DNA of 33,797 bases from Candidatus Zixiibacteriota bacterium (GTDB lineage: Bacteria > Zixibacteria > MSB-5A5 > GN15 > JAAZOE01): NCBI GenBank assembly GCA_043819555.1, contig JBDREQ010000055.1:1-33797 (forward strand). The letters run 5' to 3'. Below, piece by piece: positions 18,402-28,900 of the stretch; position 1 is the stretch's first letter, and every line of letters begins with the position of its first letter. The notes beneath the pieces were generated by a model that worked only from the letters and a program-made list of their open reading frames with translations, made no database searches and was not told the origin of the DNA. The translations under genes were made by a program, and so were the position numbers.

Positions 18402-19304
18402 ATGGAATTAAATGACCATTATGCTGGACTGCTAAACCTGATCAACGAAATTCTCGATTTCAAGCTATTCGAGATCAATCAAATTCCTGTAACTACCTCA
18501 TCGATCGTCTTCTTTGTAATTGTGATTATGTCATTTTATATCATTTCACGCTTATTGAATAGATTAATTCTCAAACGTATTCTGAGCAAATTTAATATTG
18601 ATAAGAGCATACAATTCACGCTTCGCCGAATGATTCATTACCTAATTATGATTACCGGCACCGTGTTAGCTTTCCAGTTTGTAGGTATCGATCTGGCCGG
18701 ATTAGCCGTCATATTTGGTTTGTTATCGGTAGGAATTGGCTTTGGCCTCCAAAATGTAACCTCGAATTTCATATCTGGCTTGATCCTGCTGTTTGAAAGA
18801 CCTATAAAGGTAGGCGATAGAGTAACGGTAGGTGATATTGAAGGTGATGTGATTTCGATAGATATACGAGCGACAACTGTTAATACCCTGAATAATATAG
18901 CCATTATCGTCCCCAACTCCGAATTTGTATCCTCAAAAGTAACCAACTGGTCTTATGGTGATCCCAAGATTCGTTTAAATATTGAAGTCGGCGTATCTTA
19001 TGGTTCAGACCTGGATGCTGTCATAAAGGCGTTATATGAAGTGGCCGTTGAACATCAGGACGTCCTAAAGGTTCCTAAACCTTCAGTTCTACTTGCCGGT
19101 TTCGGAGATTCATCCTGGAATATGCTTTTAAGAATCTGGCTGCGAAATTCCGAAAGATATTATTTAATCCGTTCGGAAATCAATTGCGCAATAGTACGAA
19201 AGTTCAGAAAATGCGGGATTGAAATTCCATTTCCCCAGCGAGATCTGCATGTTAGATCACCTTTACCTGTGCCAATATTATCGGATAACAAAGCGGGAAA
19301 TTAG
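18402..19304 (+). CDS. MscS-family mechanosensitive channel
   Basis: LSVGIGFGLQNVTSNFISGLILLFERPIKVGD, IIVPNS, VGVSYGSD, IEIPFPQRDLH. Confidence 0.95.
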   Translation: MELNDHYAGLLNLINEILDFKLFEINQIPVTTSSIVFFVIVIMSFYIISRLLNRLILKRILSKFNIDKSIQFTLRRMIHYLIMITGTVLAFQFVGIDLAGLAVIFGLLSVGIGFGLQNVTSNFISGLILLFERPIKVGDRVTVGDIEGDVISIDIRATTVNTLNNIAIIVPNSEFVSSKVTNWSYGDPKIRLNIEVGVSYGSDLDAVIKALYEVAVEHQDVLKVPKPSVLLAGFGDSSWNMLLRIWLRNSERYYLIRSEINCAIVRKFRKCGIEIPFPQRDLHVRSPLPVPILSDNKAGN

Positions 19305-19501
19305 TATCGGATAAAAAGTTATTTTGGGGATGGCTCATACGTTTATCTAATTTGTGATTCATAGCAATATGCTGGACAATAATTGTTGTTTTCAGCTGGA
19401 ATGTTAATGACAGAAATTCTTTTTGATATTCACACTTGATAATATGCATATTGTTCGATAGACATTTATGGACAAAAGGCTATACAGGAAGTAATCTGAT
19501 T

Positions 19502-21445
19502 ATGAAATATAATGTCGCTCAGAAATTAATTGAAATCCACATGGTATCAGGACAATTGAAGCCCGGTACGGAGATATCCATCAAAATTGATCAAACTCTA
19601 ACTCAGGATGCTACCGGTACAATGGTGATGTTGGAGCTGGAGGCTATGAATCTGAATCGTGTCAAAACGGAATTATCAGCTCAATATGTCGATCATAATC
19701 TAGTTCAAGCCGATTTTAAAAACGCGGATGATCACTTATTCCTGCGCAGTGCCTGCAAGAGATTTGGAATCTGGTATAGCCGTCCGGGAAACGGTGTCAG
19801 CCATCCATTGCATATGGAACGGTTTGGCGAACCAGGAAAAACCTTGCTGGGTTCTGATAGCCATACATGTGGTGCCGGTGCACTGGCGATGCTGGCTATT
19901 GGTGCCGGCGGGCTTGAAGTAGCGCGTGCCATGGCAGGCGAGGCCTTTTATTTCAAAATGCCCAAAATAATGGGTGTGCATCTTATTGGTAAATTGCCGG
20001 ATTGGGTAAGCGCCAAAGACATTATTCTGGAAATGCTGCGCCGGCATGGCGTCAGCGGCGGGGTAGGGAAAATAATCGAATATTATGGCCCGGGATTGGA
20101 GTCTCTCACCGCCATGGATCGCCATGTGATTGCAAATATGGGAGCGGAATTAGGCGCTACTACAACTGTTTTTCCATCTGATTGGGCGGTTAAGGCTTTT
20201 TTGGAACAGCAGGACAGAGGGAATGCGTTTAACGAAATGGCAGCGGACGATGATGCTGAATACGATGAACATGATGAAATAGATTTATCAGCATTGGAGC
20301 CACTCATCGCTCTCCCCAGTAGCCCCGGCAATGTAGTTCCCGTTCATGAGGTGGCGGGTAAGGAAATCTATCAGTCCATGATAGGCTCATCGGCCAATCC
20401 CGGATTGCGCGATTTTGCCATCGCCGCGTTAATATTGGATGGCAAACGTGTCCACGACCGTATCTCATTGGATATCAATCCATCGACTCGTCAGGTTCAG
20501 GAGAATTTAATGGAAATGAAACTGCTCGGGACACTACTTCATGCCGGGGGTAGAATACACCAAGCGGGATGTAATGGATGTATTGGAATGGGCCAGGCAC
20601 CGGCAACCGGACGCATCAGCCTGCGAACCGTTCCTCGTAATTTCCCCGGTCGGTCAGGAACAAAGGAAGACGCGGTTTATCTATGTAGTCCTGAAACCGC
20701 GGCAGCATCAGCTATTACCGGAGAGATAACTGATCCTCGGACTCTCGATATGGACTATCCCATTTTCAATGAGCCAAAAAGAGTTCTTATTAATATTGAC
20801 ATACTGACACCGCCTCCCTCACTTGATGATCATAGTGTATATGAATTGGAAAAGGGTCCGAATATTAAAAGTCTCCCGAATTTTGATGAGTTGCAGAATA
20901 CAATTGAGGGCCCTGTACTATTAAAAGTTGGAGATAATATTTCAACTGATGAAATCATGCCTGCCGGAAGCAAAGTCCTCCCTTTCCGCAGTAATATTGA
21001 GGCCATCAGTAATTTTGTCTTTACTCAGATTGACGAGACTTTTCCTCAGCGTGCATTAGCGTATCAAGATGCGGGTTCTATTATTATCGGTGGCAACAAC
21101 TATGGCCAGGGATCAAGTCGTGAACATGCTGCCCTGGCTCCGCGTTATCTTGGCGTCCGGGCAGTTCTGGTTAAAAGCTTTGCTCGCATTCATTTCCAGA
21201 ATTTGGTAAATTTCGGCATCTTGCCATTAATATTCGCCGCACCGGCCGATTTTGATAGAATCACTCAGGGGGATATTCTGGTTGTGAAAAATGTTCGTGA
21301 CACAATTAAGAATAAGAAGGAAGTTATAATTCAGAATAAAACCAAAGATCACGATTATACAGCCAATCATAATATGTCTGACCGCCAGGTGGAAATATTG
21401 CTTGCCGGCGGTTTAATAAATCATATTCGTAAAAGAAGGCAATAA
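19502..21445 (+). CDS. Aconitate hydratase (short ~650-aa type)
   Basis: DQTLTQDATGT, YVDHN, GSDSHT, NMGAELGATT, CNGCIG, RNFPGRSG, STDEIMP, NYGQGSSREHAA; ATG at 19502 preferred to TTG at 19436. Confidence 0.92.
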   Translation: MKYNVAQKLIEIHMVSGQLKPGTEISIKIDQTLTQDATGTMVMLELEAMNLNRVKTELSAQYVDHNLVQADFKNADDHLFLRSACKRFGIWYSRPGNGVSHPLHMERFGEPGKTLLGSDSHTCGAGALAMLAIGAGGLEVARAMAGEAFYFKMPKIMGVHLIGKLPDWVSAKDIILEMLRRHGVSGGVGKIIEYYGPGLESLTAMDRHVIANMGAELGATTTVFPSDWAVKAFLEQQDRGNAFNEMAADDDAEYDEHDEIDLSALEPLIALPSSPGNVVPVHEVAGKEIYQSMIGSSANPGLRDFAIAALILDGKRVHDRISLDINPSTRQVQENLMEMKLLGTLLHAGGRIHQAGCNGCIGMGQAPATGRISLRTVPRNFPGRSGTKEDAVYLCSPETAAASAITGEITDPRTLDMDYPIFNEPKRVLINIDILTPPPSLDDHSVYELEKGPNIKSLPNFDELQNTIEGPVLLKVGDNISTDEIMPAGSKVLPFRSNIEAISNFVFTQIDETFPQRALAYQDAGSIIIGGNNYGQGSSREHAALAPRYLGVRAVLVKSFARIHFQNLVNFGILPLIFAAPADFDRITQGDILVVKNVRDTIKNKKEVIIQNKTKDHDYTANHNMSDRQVEILLAGGLINHIRKRRQ

Positions 21446-21711
21446 GCCTGACGACATTATTTAATAGATGGTCACCAATAGATTCCAATTTCTGCTTCAA
21501 TAAGAATCAATCCGATAAGAATTAATAAATTTGCAATTTTAATTTGTGGACCTTAAGATGTACAAATCTTGAGGGTCTTTTTGTCATACGGCCGAAATTC
21601 TTATTCTGTTTTGAAATTTAACTGAAAAATGAAATCTCTAAGAAAATGATCCAAATTCCCATTCGTTGAGCGGCCTTTTCATAGGTAATCGATTGTGAAC
21701 ATTTTGGGGTA

Positions 21712-23019
21712 CTATGACTTTCCTTTCAGTGATACTTTCAGAATCAGGAATCCCACGACGCCACTAACAGCAGACCCTATTAATATGCCGCTTTTGGCCT
21801 CTACCAGAAGCTTAGCATCCAGGCTCAGAGAAGCAACGAAGAGTGACATGGTGAACCCAATGCCTGCTAAGAAGCCGGCTCCAATTACGGCTCTCCAATT
21901 ACTGCCGCCTGGAATAATGCCCAGTCCTGTTTTCACCACCAGGAAAAGACTAAGAATAATGCCCAGAGGTTTGCCTATAAGTAAGGCTAAAGCCACAACT
22001 GTGGCAATATGTGATGTCATGGCATTGAAGGAAAAGGGAACGCCGGCATTAGCTAAGGCGAATACAGGCATTATTACAAATGCTGACCACGGGTGTACAT
22101 CAGCCTCAAATCGTTCCAACGGTGCAACTGACTCACGCGAAGTGAAGGTCACATCTTCTGTGACATCTCTCAATTTCGCACTCTCGTTGCTAATCCCAAA
22201 TTTGCTGAGGACATTGACGGCTCGATTCAAACCCTCGCGTAGTTTATCCATTGAAATCAGAGGTGTAGCGGGAGTGATGAGTCCTAAAATGACTCCTGAA
22301 ATTGTAGGGTGAATTCCAGACTTAAGTGTACACAGCCAAATTACAGAGCCAATAAGCAGATAACCGACGACTGTCCTTACACCGAGTCGGTTCATAATTA
22401 AAATGACGACTATTCCAAGAAATGCTGAAGCCAGCCACATCAAAATGAGTTGGCTTGAATAGAACACCGCAATTACCAGGACAGCAATGATATCATCAAC
22501 GATCGCAAGAGTTAATAAGAATACCTTGAGACCTTGAGGAACTCGCTTTCCTAATATGGCCAAAATTCCGACAACAAATGCTATATCAGTGGCCATTGGT
22601 ATGGCCCAGCCGTTTTGTCCGGGCTGATCGCCCAGCAAAATCACATAGATTGCGGCTGGAATCAGTGCACCGCCAACCGCGGCAACGGCGGGCGAAATTA
22701 TCCGGCGGACATCTCGGAGTTCCCCAGAGACAAGCTCCCTTTTAACCTCTAAACCGACCAAGAAGAAAAAAACTGTCATCAAGCCATCATTTACCCAATA
22801 CCAGAGCGGGTAAGAGAGTGACCATTGTCCAATTCCAAGCGTTAACGTCGAATTCCAGAAACTTTGATATAGCTCGCGCAGAGGCGAGTTTGCTGCTATA
22901 ATGGCAATAGCGGTAGCGAGTATGAGGACAATACCGCTGGCTGCCTCTACATGCAAGAAGCGTATCAAAGGTCTTGTGAGCTTCTCGATGGGCCGCAGAT
23001 GTAAAGTGGAAAAGGTCAT
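21712..23019 (-). CDS. nhaA: Na+/H+ antiporter NhaA
   Basis: WVNDGLM..FF..VGLEVKRE, GWAIPMATDIAF, LAIVDD, FALANAG, GKPLGI, LAGIGFTMSLF. Confidence 0.95.
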   Translation of the reverse strand: MTFSTLHLRPIEKLTRPLIRFLHVEAASGIVLILATAIAIIAANSPLRELYQSFWNSTLTLGIGQWSLSYPLWYWVNDGLMTVFFFLVGLEVKRELVSGELRDVRRIISPAVAAVGGALIPAAIYVILLGDQPGQNGWAIPMATDIAFVVGILAILGKRVPQGLKVFLLTLAIVDDIIAVLVIAVFYSSQLILMWLASAFLGIVVILIMNRLGVRTVVGYLLIGSVIWLCTLKSGIHPTISGVILGLITPATPLISMDKLREGLNRAVNVLSKFGISNESAKLRDVTEDVTFTSRESVAPLERFEADVHPWSAFVIMPVFALANAGVPFSFNAMTSHIATVVALALLIGKPLGIILSLFLVVKTGLGIIPGGSNWRAVIGAGFLAGIGFTMSLFVASLSLDAKLLVEAKSGILIGSAVSGVVGFLILKVSLKGKS

Positions 23020-23022
23020 AGC

Positions 23023-23691
23023 CTATTTTTCCATTTCATTTTCCGATTGTATCGAGTTTTGACTGTAATCTACAATATCCGGACCAATAGATCCTCCCGA
23101 TACAATAAAGGCAATAGCATCGTTAACCGTCCAATCTGTGTGGATTACCGACTCCTTTGGTATGATTTCAAGGAATCCGGAAGTTGGGTTTGGAGTGGTT
23201 GGTACGTATACCGCCAAAAGTGATTTTTGCGACACTCGATCTGTTAGTGCCTTTGTAACAAGACCGACAGTCTTCATACCGGGATGTGGGTACTCTATAA
23301 GCACAACTTGCTTAGTCTGACCAGGCTTTACCTGAAAGGCATCAATGACCTGCTTCGTTCCATGGTATATTTTCCCCACAAACGGAATCTTCTGCAAGAT
23401 TTTATCGATGATCTTAATTAGATATCGACCGGCAAAGTGAGTCGTTAACCACCCAAGGCAGTAGAGGATAATAAGAAGAAATAATACTGATATTGCATGC
23501 TGAACCGCGCTTAGCCCCAATATTTCGGCCGCACCCGGGAATAAAGGCCGGAATTCATCCATCAGCCAGCTGATTAACGGTCGAGTAACATCGACAGCAA
23601 GACCAAGGACAAACGCTATGACAAGCCATGTCACCCATAGCGGAATGGCTGACAATAGACCGGTTGTTAGATTTTTTCTAATTGAATACAT
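23023..23691 (-). CDS. DUF502-family membrane protein
   Basis: TGLL..IPL.VT, KIPFVGKIY, VLIEYP, VYVPTTPNPTSGFL; GGAGG SD favours the ATG at 23691. Confidence 0.88.
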   Translation of the reverse strand: MYSIRKNLTTGLLSAIPLWVTWLVIAFVLGLAVDVTRPLISWLMDEFRPLFPGAAEILGLSAVQHAISVLFLLIILYCLGWLTTHFAGRYLIKIIDKILQKIPFVGKIYHGTKQVIDAFQVKPGQTKQVVLIEYPHPGMKTVGLVTKALTDRVSQKSLLAVYVPTTPNPTSGFLEIIPKESVIHTDWTVNDAIAFIVSGGSIGPDIVDYSQNSIQSENEMEK

Positions 23692-23710
23692 TGACTCTAA
23701 TCCCTCCATT

Positions 23711-24145
23711 CTATGCAGTCGCGGTTGAGTTTGTTACAACGTGAATTGGTGCAGCCTGACCGTTTTTATCCTGCCCGGCATAGAGTGTTAGATGCGGGAA
23801 TGGCATTTCAATATTCCGTTCATCAAAGGCCTTTTTCAGGCGGCGATTAAATTCTCGGGCTACTTTCCATTGTTTAATCGGTTTAGTCTTAGTGGTAGCT
23901 TTGATAATGAGGGCAGAATCGGCAAACCGGCCTAATCCCATAATTTCGATGGGCTCGAGATTAAGAGGACCATAGACTTCATCATTGTGCAGATCTTCAT
24001 TCACCAGCTTTATAACTTCAGTAACCTCATCGACATCTTCTCTATAAGCAACACCGATTTTGAACATATAACGTAAATAATCTTTGGTCATGTTGGTAAC
24101 CATATCTATCTGGCCATTTCTGATATAGTGGACATTCTCTATATC
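23711..24145 (-). pseudogene. 5'-truncated MscS-family gene (cytoplasmic C-terminal domain only)
   Basis: Frame reads NVHYIRNGQIDMVTNMTKD..IGVAYREDVD..QWKVAREFNRRLKKAFD..IEMPFPH; homology extends upstream of the first Met but no TM region fits before the Omp85 gene. Confidence 0.8.
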
Positions 24146-24172
24146 AACTTATTCTATAATGTGCAAATTTCA

Positions 24173-25966
24173 CTAGAAAGCCTGACCCACACTGAAAAAT
24201 ATTTTTACTCCGGGTTCGCTACTCTGGCGATCCAGGTTTATCCCACAATCCAACCTCAGTATACCCAACGGAGAATTAGCCCTCAATCCCGTACCGATGT
24301 TTACCCGCACGTCTGATATCCGCACATCCTCCAGTCGCTGCCATACATTACCGGCATCCACAAAGAGAACCATTCCCATCATGCGATAGACAGATTTCCT
24401 CAATTCAAATAAATTCCAAATAAGCTTAAATTGTCCACCGATGGGCTGTCCATTTGAATCTAAAGGGCCGACCATTTGGTATCCGAACCCACGAAGAGAG
24501 GTTGGACCACCGGCATAGAAGCGCTCGTTAATAGGTATTTCCTCACTTTTCCCGAATGCATCCATCCATCCCAATTCTATTGCAGACCCTACCACCGTAT
24601 TTCGCCCCAGAGGGTGAAAGCGTTTCACGTTCACGACTGATTTGGCAAATGTATCCGAACCCTGAAGAAAGCTGCCGGCAATTTCATTCGACCAGTTTGC
24701 ATACCAGCCTGTGGATGGATCAAAGAGATTGTCTCGATTATCGTAGGAGATGTTCAGCGTGAGGCTTCGAATTTGAGGATCTGTCTCATCAAGAGGAACA
24801 CTCAAGTCAATTTGAGATATGTTAGTATTCTCGTGTCGATAAGAGGTCGAAATGTTAGTGTAACGACCGAGCTTATGACCAAAGGTCAATTTGCCGCCTA
24901 TTGATTCTGAGTGGTACGCGGGCTCTTGCTTCAAGATGCCAAATACTGAAAAATCTGTCTTCCATCGAGTACCCAGAGTCCACGGCTCCGAAAAGGACAG
25001 CGACACGCCTTGTTTAATGAAGTTCGCTTCCAGCCTAATCCCAGCCTTGCGGGCAGAGCCAGCTAGATTCAAATTGTTTAGCTCAATTCGACCCCTTACT
25101 CTTCCAACTGTCCCATAACCAATCGAAAACGAAAGCTCCGTTGACGGTATCTCCTTAATCTCGATCAGGATTGTTCTTTCATTGGAGTCCCCCAAGTCCA
25201 GAGGTAGTGGCCGCACGAACACACTTTCAAATAGTCCGGTTAGATAGAGACGTCGTTGCGAGCGAAGTAACTCACTAAACTTGACCGTGTCTCCAACGTG
25301 AAAACTGAGTTCGCGAAGTATCACATTTGAACGAGTCTTCTCGCCTCCCGATAACTCAATCCGGCCTACTTGGCTGCTAAGACCTTCATGACAGGCGAAA
25401 TCTATCAGAGCAAGATGCATGGTATCGTTGATTTGCACTTGCGGCGTTACAGTGGCATCCAGGAATCCATGTTCGGCATAAAGAGACAACATGGATATGA
25501 CGGCATCTTCGATAAGGGGACGGCGGAGAGGATCACTTTTCCTTATATTGATTTTTTGCATAACGGCGGAATCCACTATGAAATCATTGCCAAATATAGT
25601 GACTCCTTCCACATAAGTTCTATTACCCTCTTCTATTCTAATAGCAATATCCACTTGGTTATTCAGGCTATCAAAAACAACGGAGGTATCACTTATCAGT
25701 GCCTGCAAGAAACCGTTCTGTCTGTAAAACGAGATAAGCGTTGCAAGATCATCTTGGAACACATCGGGATGGAAGCGACTTGTCGCAAGAAATCGCGATG
25801 GTCTTGTCAGCATGAGACTTTCAAGTCGGGATTCTGCATACGAGTCATTCCCCATGAAAGTCACTTGTGCAACCTTGGGTTTTGGCTGACTCTTGGAGAA
25901 GCCCGGACCAGCCACGGCGAGAGCAAGCATTGCTGCGAATATGATTACCTTGCCTATAAGTTTCAT
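24173..25966 (-). CDS. Omp85-family outer membrane protein (TamA/BamA-like, about 3 POTRA domains)
   Basis: Signal peptide, POTRA motifs (FYRQNGFLQA, YAEHGFLDA, LYLTGLF), ERFYAGG..SLRGF, SPLGILRLD, terminal IFFSVGQAF. Confidence 0.92.
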   Translation of the reverse strand: MKLIGKVIIFAAMLALAVAGPGFSKSQPKPKVAQVTFMGNDSYAESRLESLMLTRPSRFLATSRFHPDVFQDDLATLISFYRQNGFLQALISDTSVVFDSLNNQVDIAIRIEEGNRTYVEGVTIFGNDFIVDSAVMQKINIRKSDPLRRPLIEDAVISMLSLYAEHGFLDATVTPQVQINDTMHLALIDFACHEGLSSQVGRIELSGGEKTRSNVILRELSFHVGDTVKFSELLRSQRRLYLTGLFESVFVRPLPLDLGDSNERTILIEIKEIPSTELSFSIGYGTVGRVRGRIELNNLNLAGSARKAGIRLEANFIKQGVSLSFSEPWTLGTRWKTDFSVFGILKQEPAYHSESIGGKLTFGHKLGRYTNISTSYRHENTNISQIDLSVPLDETDPQIRSLTLNISYDNRDNLFDPSTGWYANWSNEIAGSFLQGSDTFAKSVVNVKRFHPLGRNTVVGSAIELGWMDAFGKSEEIPINERFYAGGPTSLRGFGYQMVGPLDSNGQPIGGQFKLIWNLFELRKSVYRMMGMVLFVDAGNVWQRLEDVRISDVRVNIGTGLRANSPLGILRLDCGINLDRQSSEPGVKIFFSVGQAF

Positions 25967-28900
25967 TTGAAAGTGATCCCATACTTCAAATCAAGTCCCG
26001 AACATCCCTGGCGATCAGTCTCACCTTGCAGAGACCACCTCGGTGTTAAGCTATATCCAAGTCGCATGGTTTGATCATTCAAGTGGCCAACTGTAGTTGA
26101 GTAAGTCAGGTTGATCCTCTGAGACACGCGCTTTGAAGCAACCAACTGAGGGCCCCAGGTTTCATCAAACTTAAATAGATTGCCCTGAATTGTGAATTCA
26201 TCAAACCCGAACAATGACCCAGCTCGACGCGATATGTAATTCGATACTTTCTGGCTTGTCATCATAGCAGCACGGTCTTTAAGCACCTGTGTAAGCCCTG
26301 TTTTTTCTTGGTTTTCACCTGATTTAGTCAATTCTGAGCGGGTTGCGCCCAGCGTCAGCAGAGCGACAATGTCAGGTTTTTCAAGCGGCGGCTGGGAAAA
26401 TAGTTCGTACTGTAATTGATCTAAGAGGCCCTCAGCTTTTATGTAAATTGTATACGGCTCGGCAGCAGAGCGTCTGTAGACAGTTACCTGGGTACTTGCA
26501 TCCAGCTTGATATCAGGATTGAATCTATTTGGATCGTTGAAATACACGGACCCTTCATTGACACGGAAACGACGATCAAGATAGAGCAGATACCCTTCCT
26601 CGACGCGAATCAGTCCGGTTAAGTTTGGCCTCACTGGCGTTCCAATGATGCCTACTTCCGACCGCAACCGAATATGAGCTAAGTTATTGTCTATCCAAAG
26701 TTGATCACTTTCCCTGATACGAACATCCAAGCGCGATCTGGCTATCAATCCAGGCCACTCCAAGTCAACCGTTTCTAATTCTTGAACCCAGGGTAGAACG
26801 GCGGTTGGGCGAATTCCTTTGGTCAGACGTGTCTCGCCAAGAACCACATCCCCGTGTAGAACATATGTTTCCTGTTGCTTGCCATAGCTGAGTACCGCAC
26901 TGTCGACTAACAGCACAAATGATTCTGGCTCTTCCCAAGTTATGTTATTAGCCCGAAGTGACAGGCCAATATCTGTGAGTTCCCCCTGATCATGATTAAC
27001 ATCGCCGGAAAGGATGAGATTGCCTCCATTGATGCTGGCTGAGACGGAATCAAGTATGACCCGGTTTTTATCAAAGTTGACACTTGCATGCCCGTCGGCC
27101 AGGATGACGTTTTGTCGTACTGATTGAAATGCGAGGGTGGAGATCAATAATGTTCCGTCGATCAGTGGTTCTTCGAGCGAACCAGATATTATCATACGTG
27201 CGCCCACTCTTCCGCTGAGTGAATCGAGCTCAGGTGCAAATGGCTGAAACACTCCCAGGTTGAGTGTGTCTATGGACACCTCCAATCGAACGCTTGAATC
27301 TGAAACTGATCCGTCAATATCGAGCTTTCCAAACTCGCCGACATGTACATCCAGAGCGATAATCGCTGATTCATAATCGGAAGAAGTAATTGACCCGCGT
27401 ACTTCGAACGGAATACTAGATGCTATGCCTGTAGCATTATCAATCGTAAGAACTGAATCAGTGAATGAGAGCGACATAGCGATGTCATCTATGGGAGATG
27501 AGATATCATTAAGCAGGAATCTTCCACCTGTCGCTTTCAACCAGCCATCGAAACAGGGTAGTGAAGTTGTCCCGCTTAATTTCAATGAAGCTGACACAGC
27601 ACCCGCAATATCACCTGCAGGCAGCATCATTTCTTTCATAACGGAGAGGTCAAATTGTCGTATGTCCAACGTTGCAATGACTGGCGCACTCGCAGGCAAT
27701 TCAAGAACCCCTTTTTCAGAAAGCCCAAGTTCTATTTCACCTGAAGCTCTTAAGCTTTGTCCCAGAGCGTACGATACCAGGCTGTCGAGTACAACCGCTT
27801 GTTTATCGAGTTTGAGATGCGTTATTACAGAATCGAGCATGTAGTCAGGTAGCGCCAGCGACCGGATTCTTGCATCAAAGACGGCGTTTGGAGCCTTGTA
27901 TGGTCCGTCAATGGACAGATCAAACGCCAACTCTCCGTCCGATACCGTAGAATCTATGGCGAGTAAAGGAAGGAGACCCAGCCAGAGTTCTTTTCCCTGA
28001 GCGGTAACACTTAAGTTATAGTCAGGACCCAGACTAAACTCGCCTGTTATCGTTCCGAAATCACTTCTGGTTTGAGTCGTGTTGACTGTCGACTCGGTGT
28101 TCTGGCTCGATCGGATCAGTGGGTAAAATCCAAGATCAAACGATCCCGAATTGGATATTGTGTCGTATATCGCACTCATTCGAGCGCTGAGTCGATCATG
28201 GTTAATCGTCATCTCCCTGAGTTCGACTTGTGAACCGTTCAGGATTGCATTAATCTCGATAGAGTCTGCCATATAGCTTGAATATCGTGGCCCAGTCAGT
28301 TCCGCTGAGAATTCGCCTTTTAGATCACTTATGGAACCGGATAATTGACAATTATAGGCCATGGAACCGCCAATTGAATCCAAATCGAATGGTGATCGAT
28401 GAGAATCAATGGGATCCAGTTTGCCGTCGCAAACAAGACCAATAATGATGAAGTTGCTATCAAAGTAAGACAGTGTCGCGAAAACTGTATCTATCGGAAA
28501 ATTGTGGTAGATGACTTGGGAAGCATTAACAGTCGCATGTATGGTCGGGTTTGTATAGGTACCGGCTATCGTACCGTTAGCCCAGAGACCTCCTGATAGC
28601 TCGTGCTGATCAAAGAAACTTGCCAGAGCTATTGCTTCGGGAATCGATACATCAAATGTACCCTGAAGACTGTCTTCTCTAAATGTCAATTCAGCGTGGG
28701 CTTTATCAGCTCCATGAACAAGAGACCAAACGCTATTGCCAGATTCCAGTCTGGCAGTGCATGAAAGATCAGGTATCGTTTTGTTATCGTATTGCAAGTC
28801 CTTTCCAGCAATAACCGCGTCGAGTTTCCATGATGACCAGTTGCCTATGGGTCCTGATGCGCCAACTGTTCCGTGAAGCTCACCCTTATATGGTGAAGCC

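Noticed and set aside
21695..22312. 205-aa plus-strand ORF
   Set aside because: Antisense shadow of nhaA.
25370..26074. 234-aa plus-strand ORF
   Set aside because: Antisense shadow of the Omp85 and tamB genes with no recognisable motifs.
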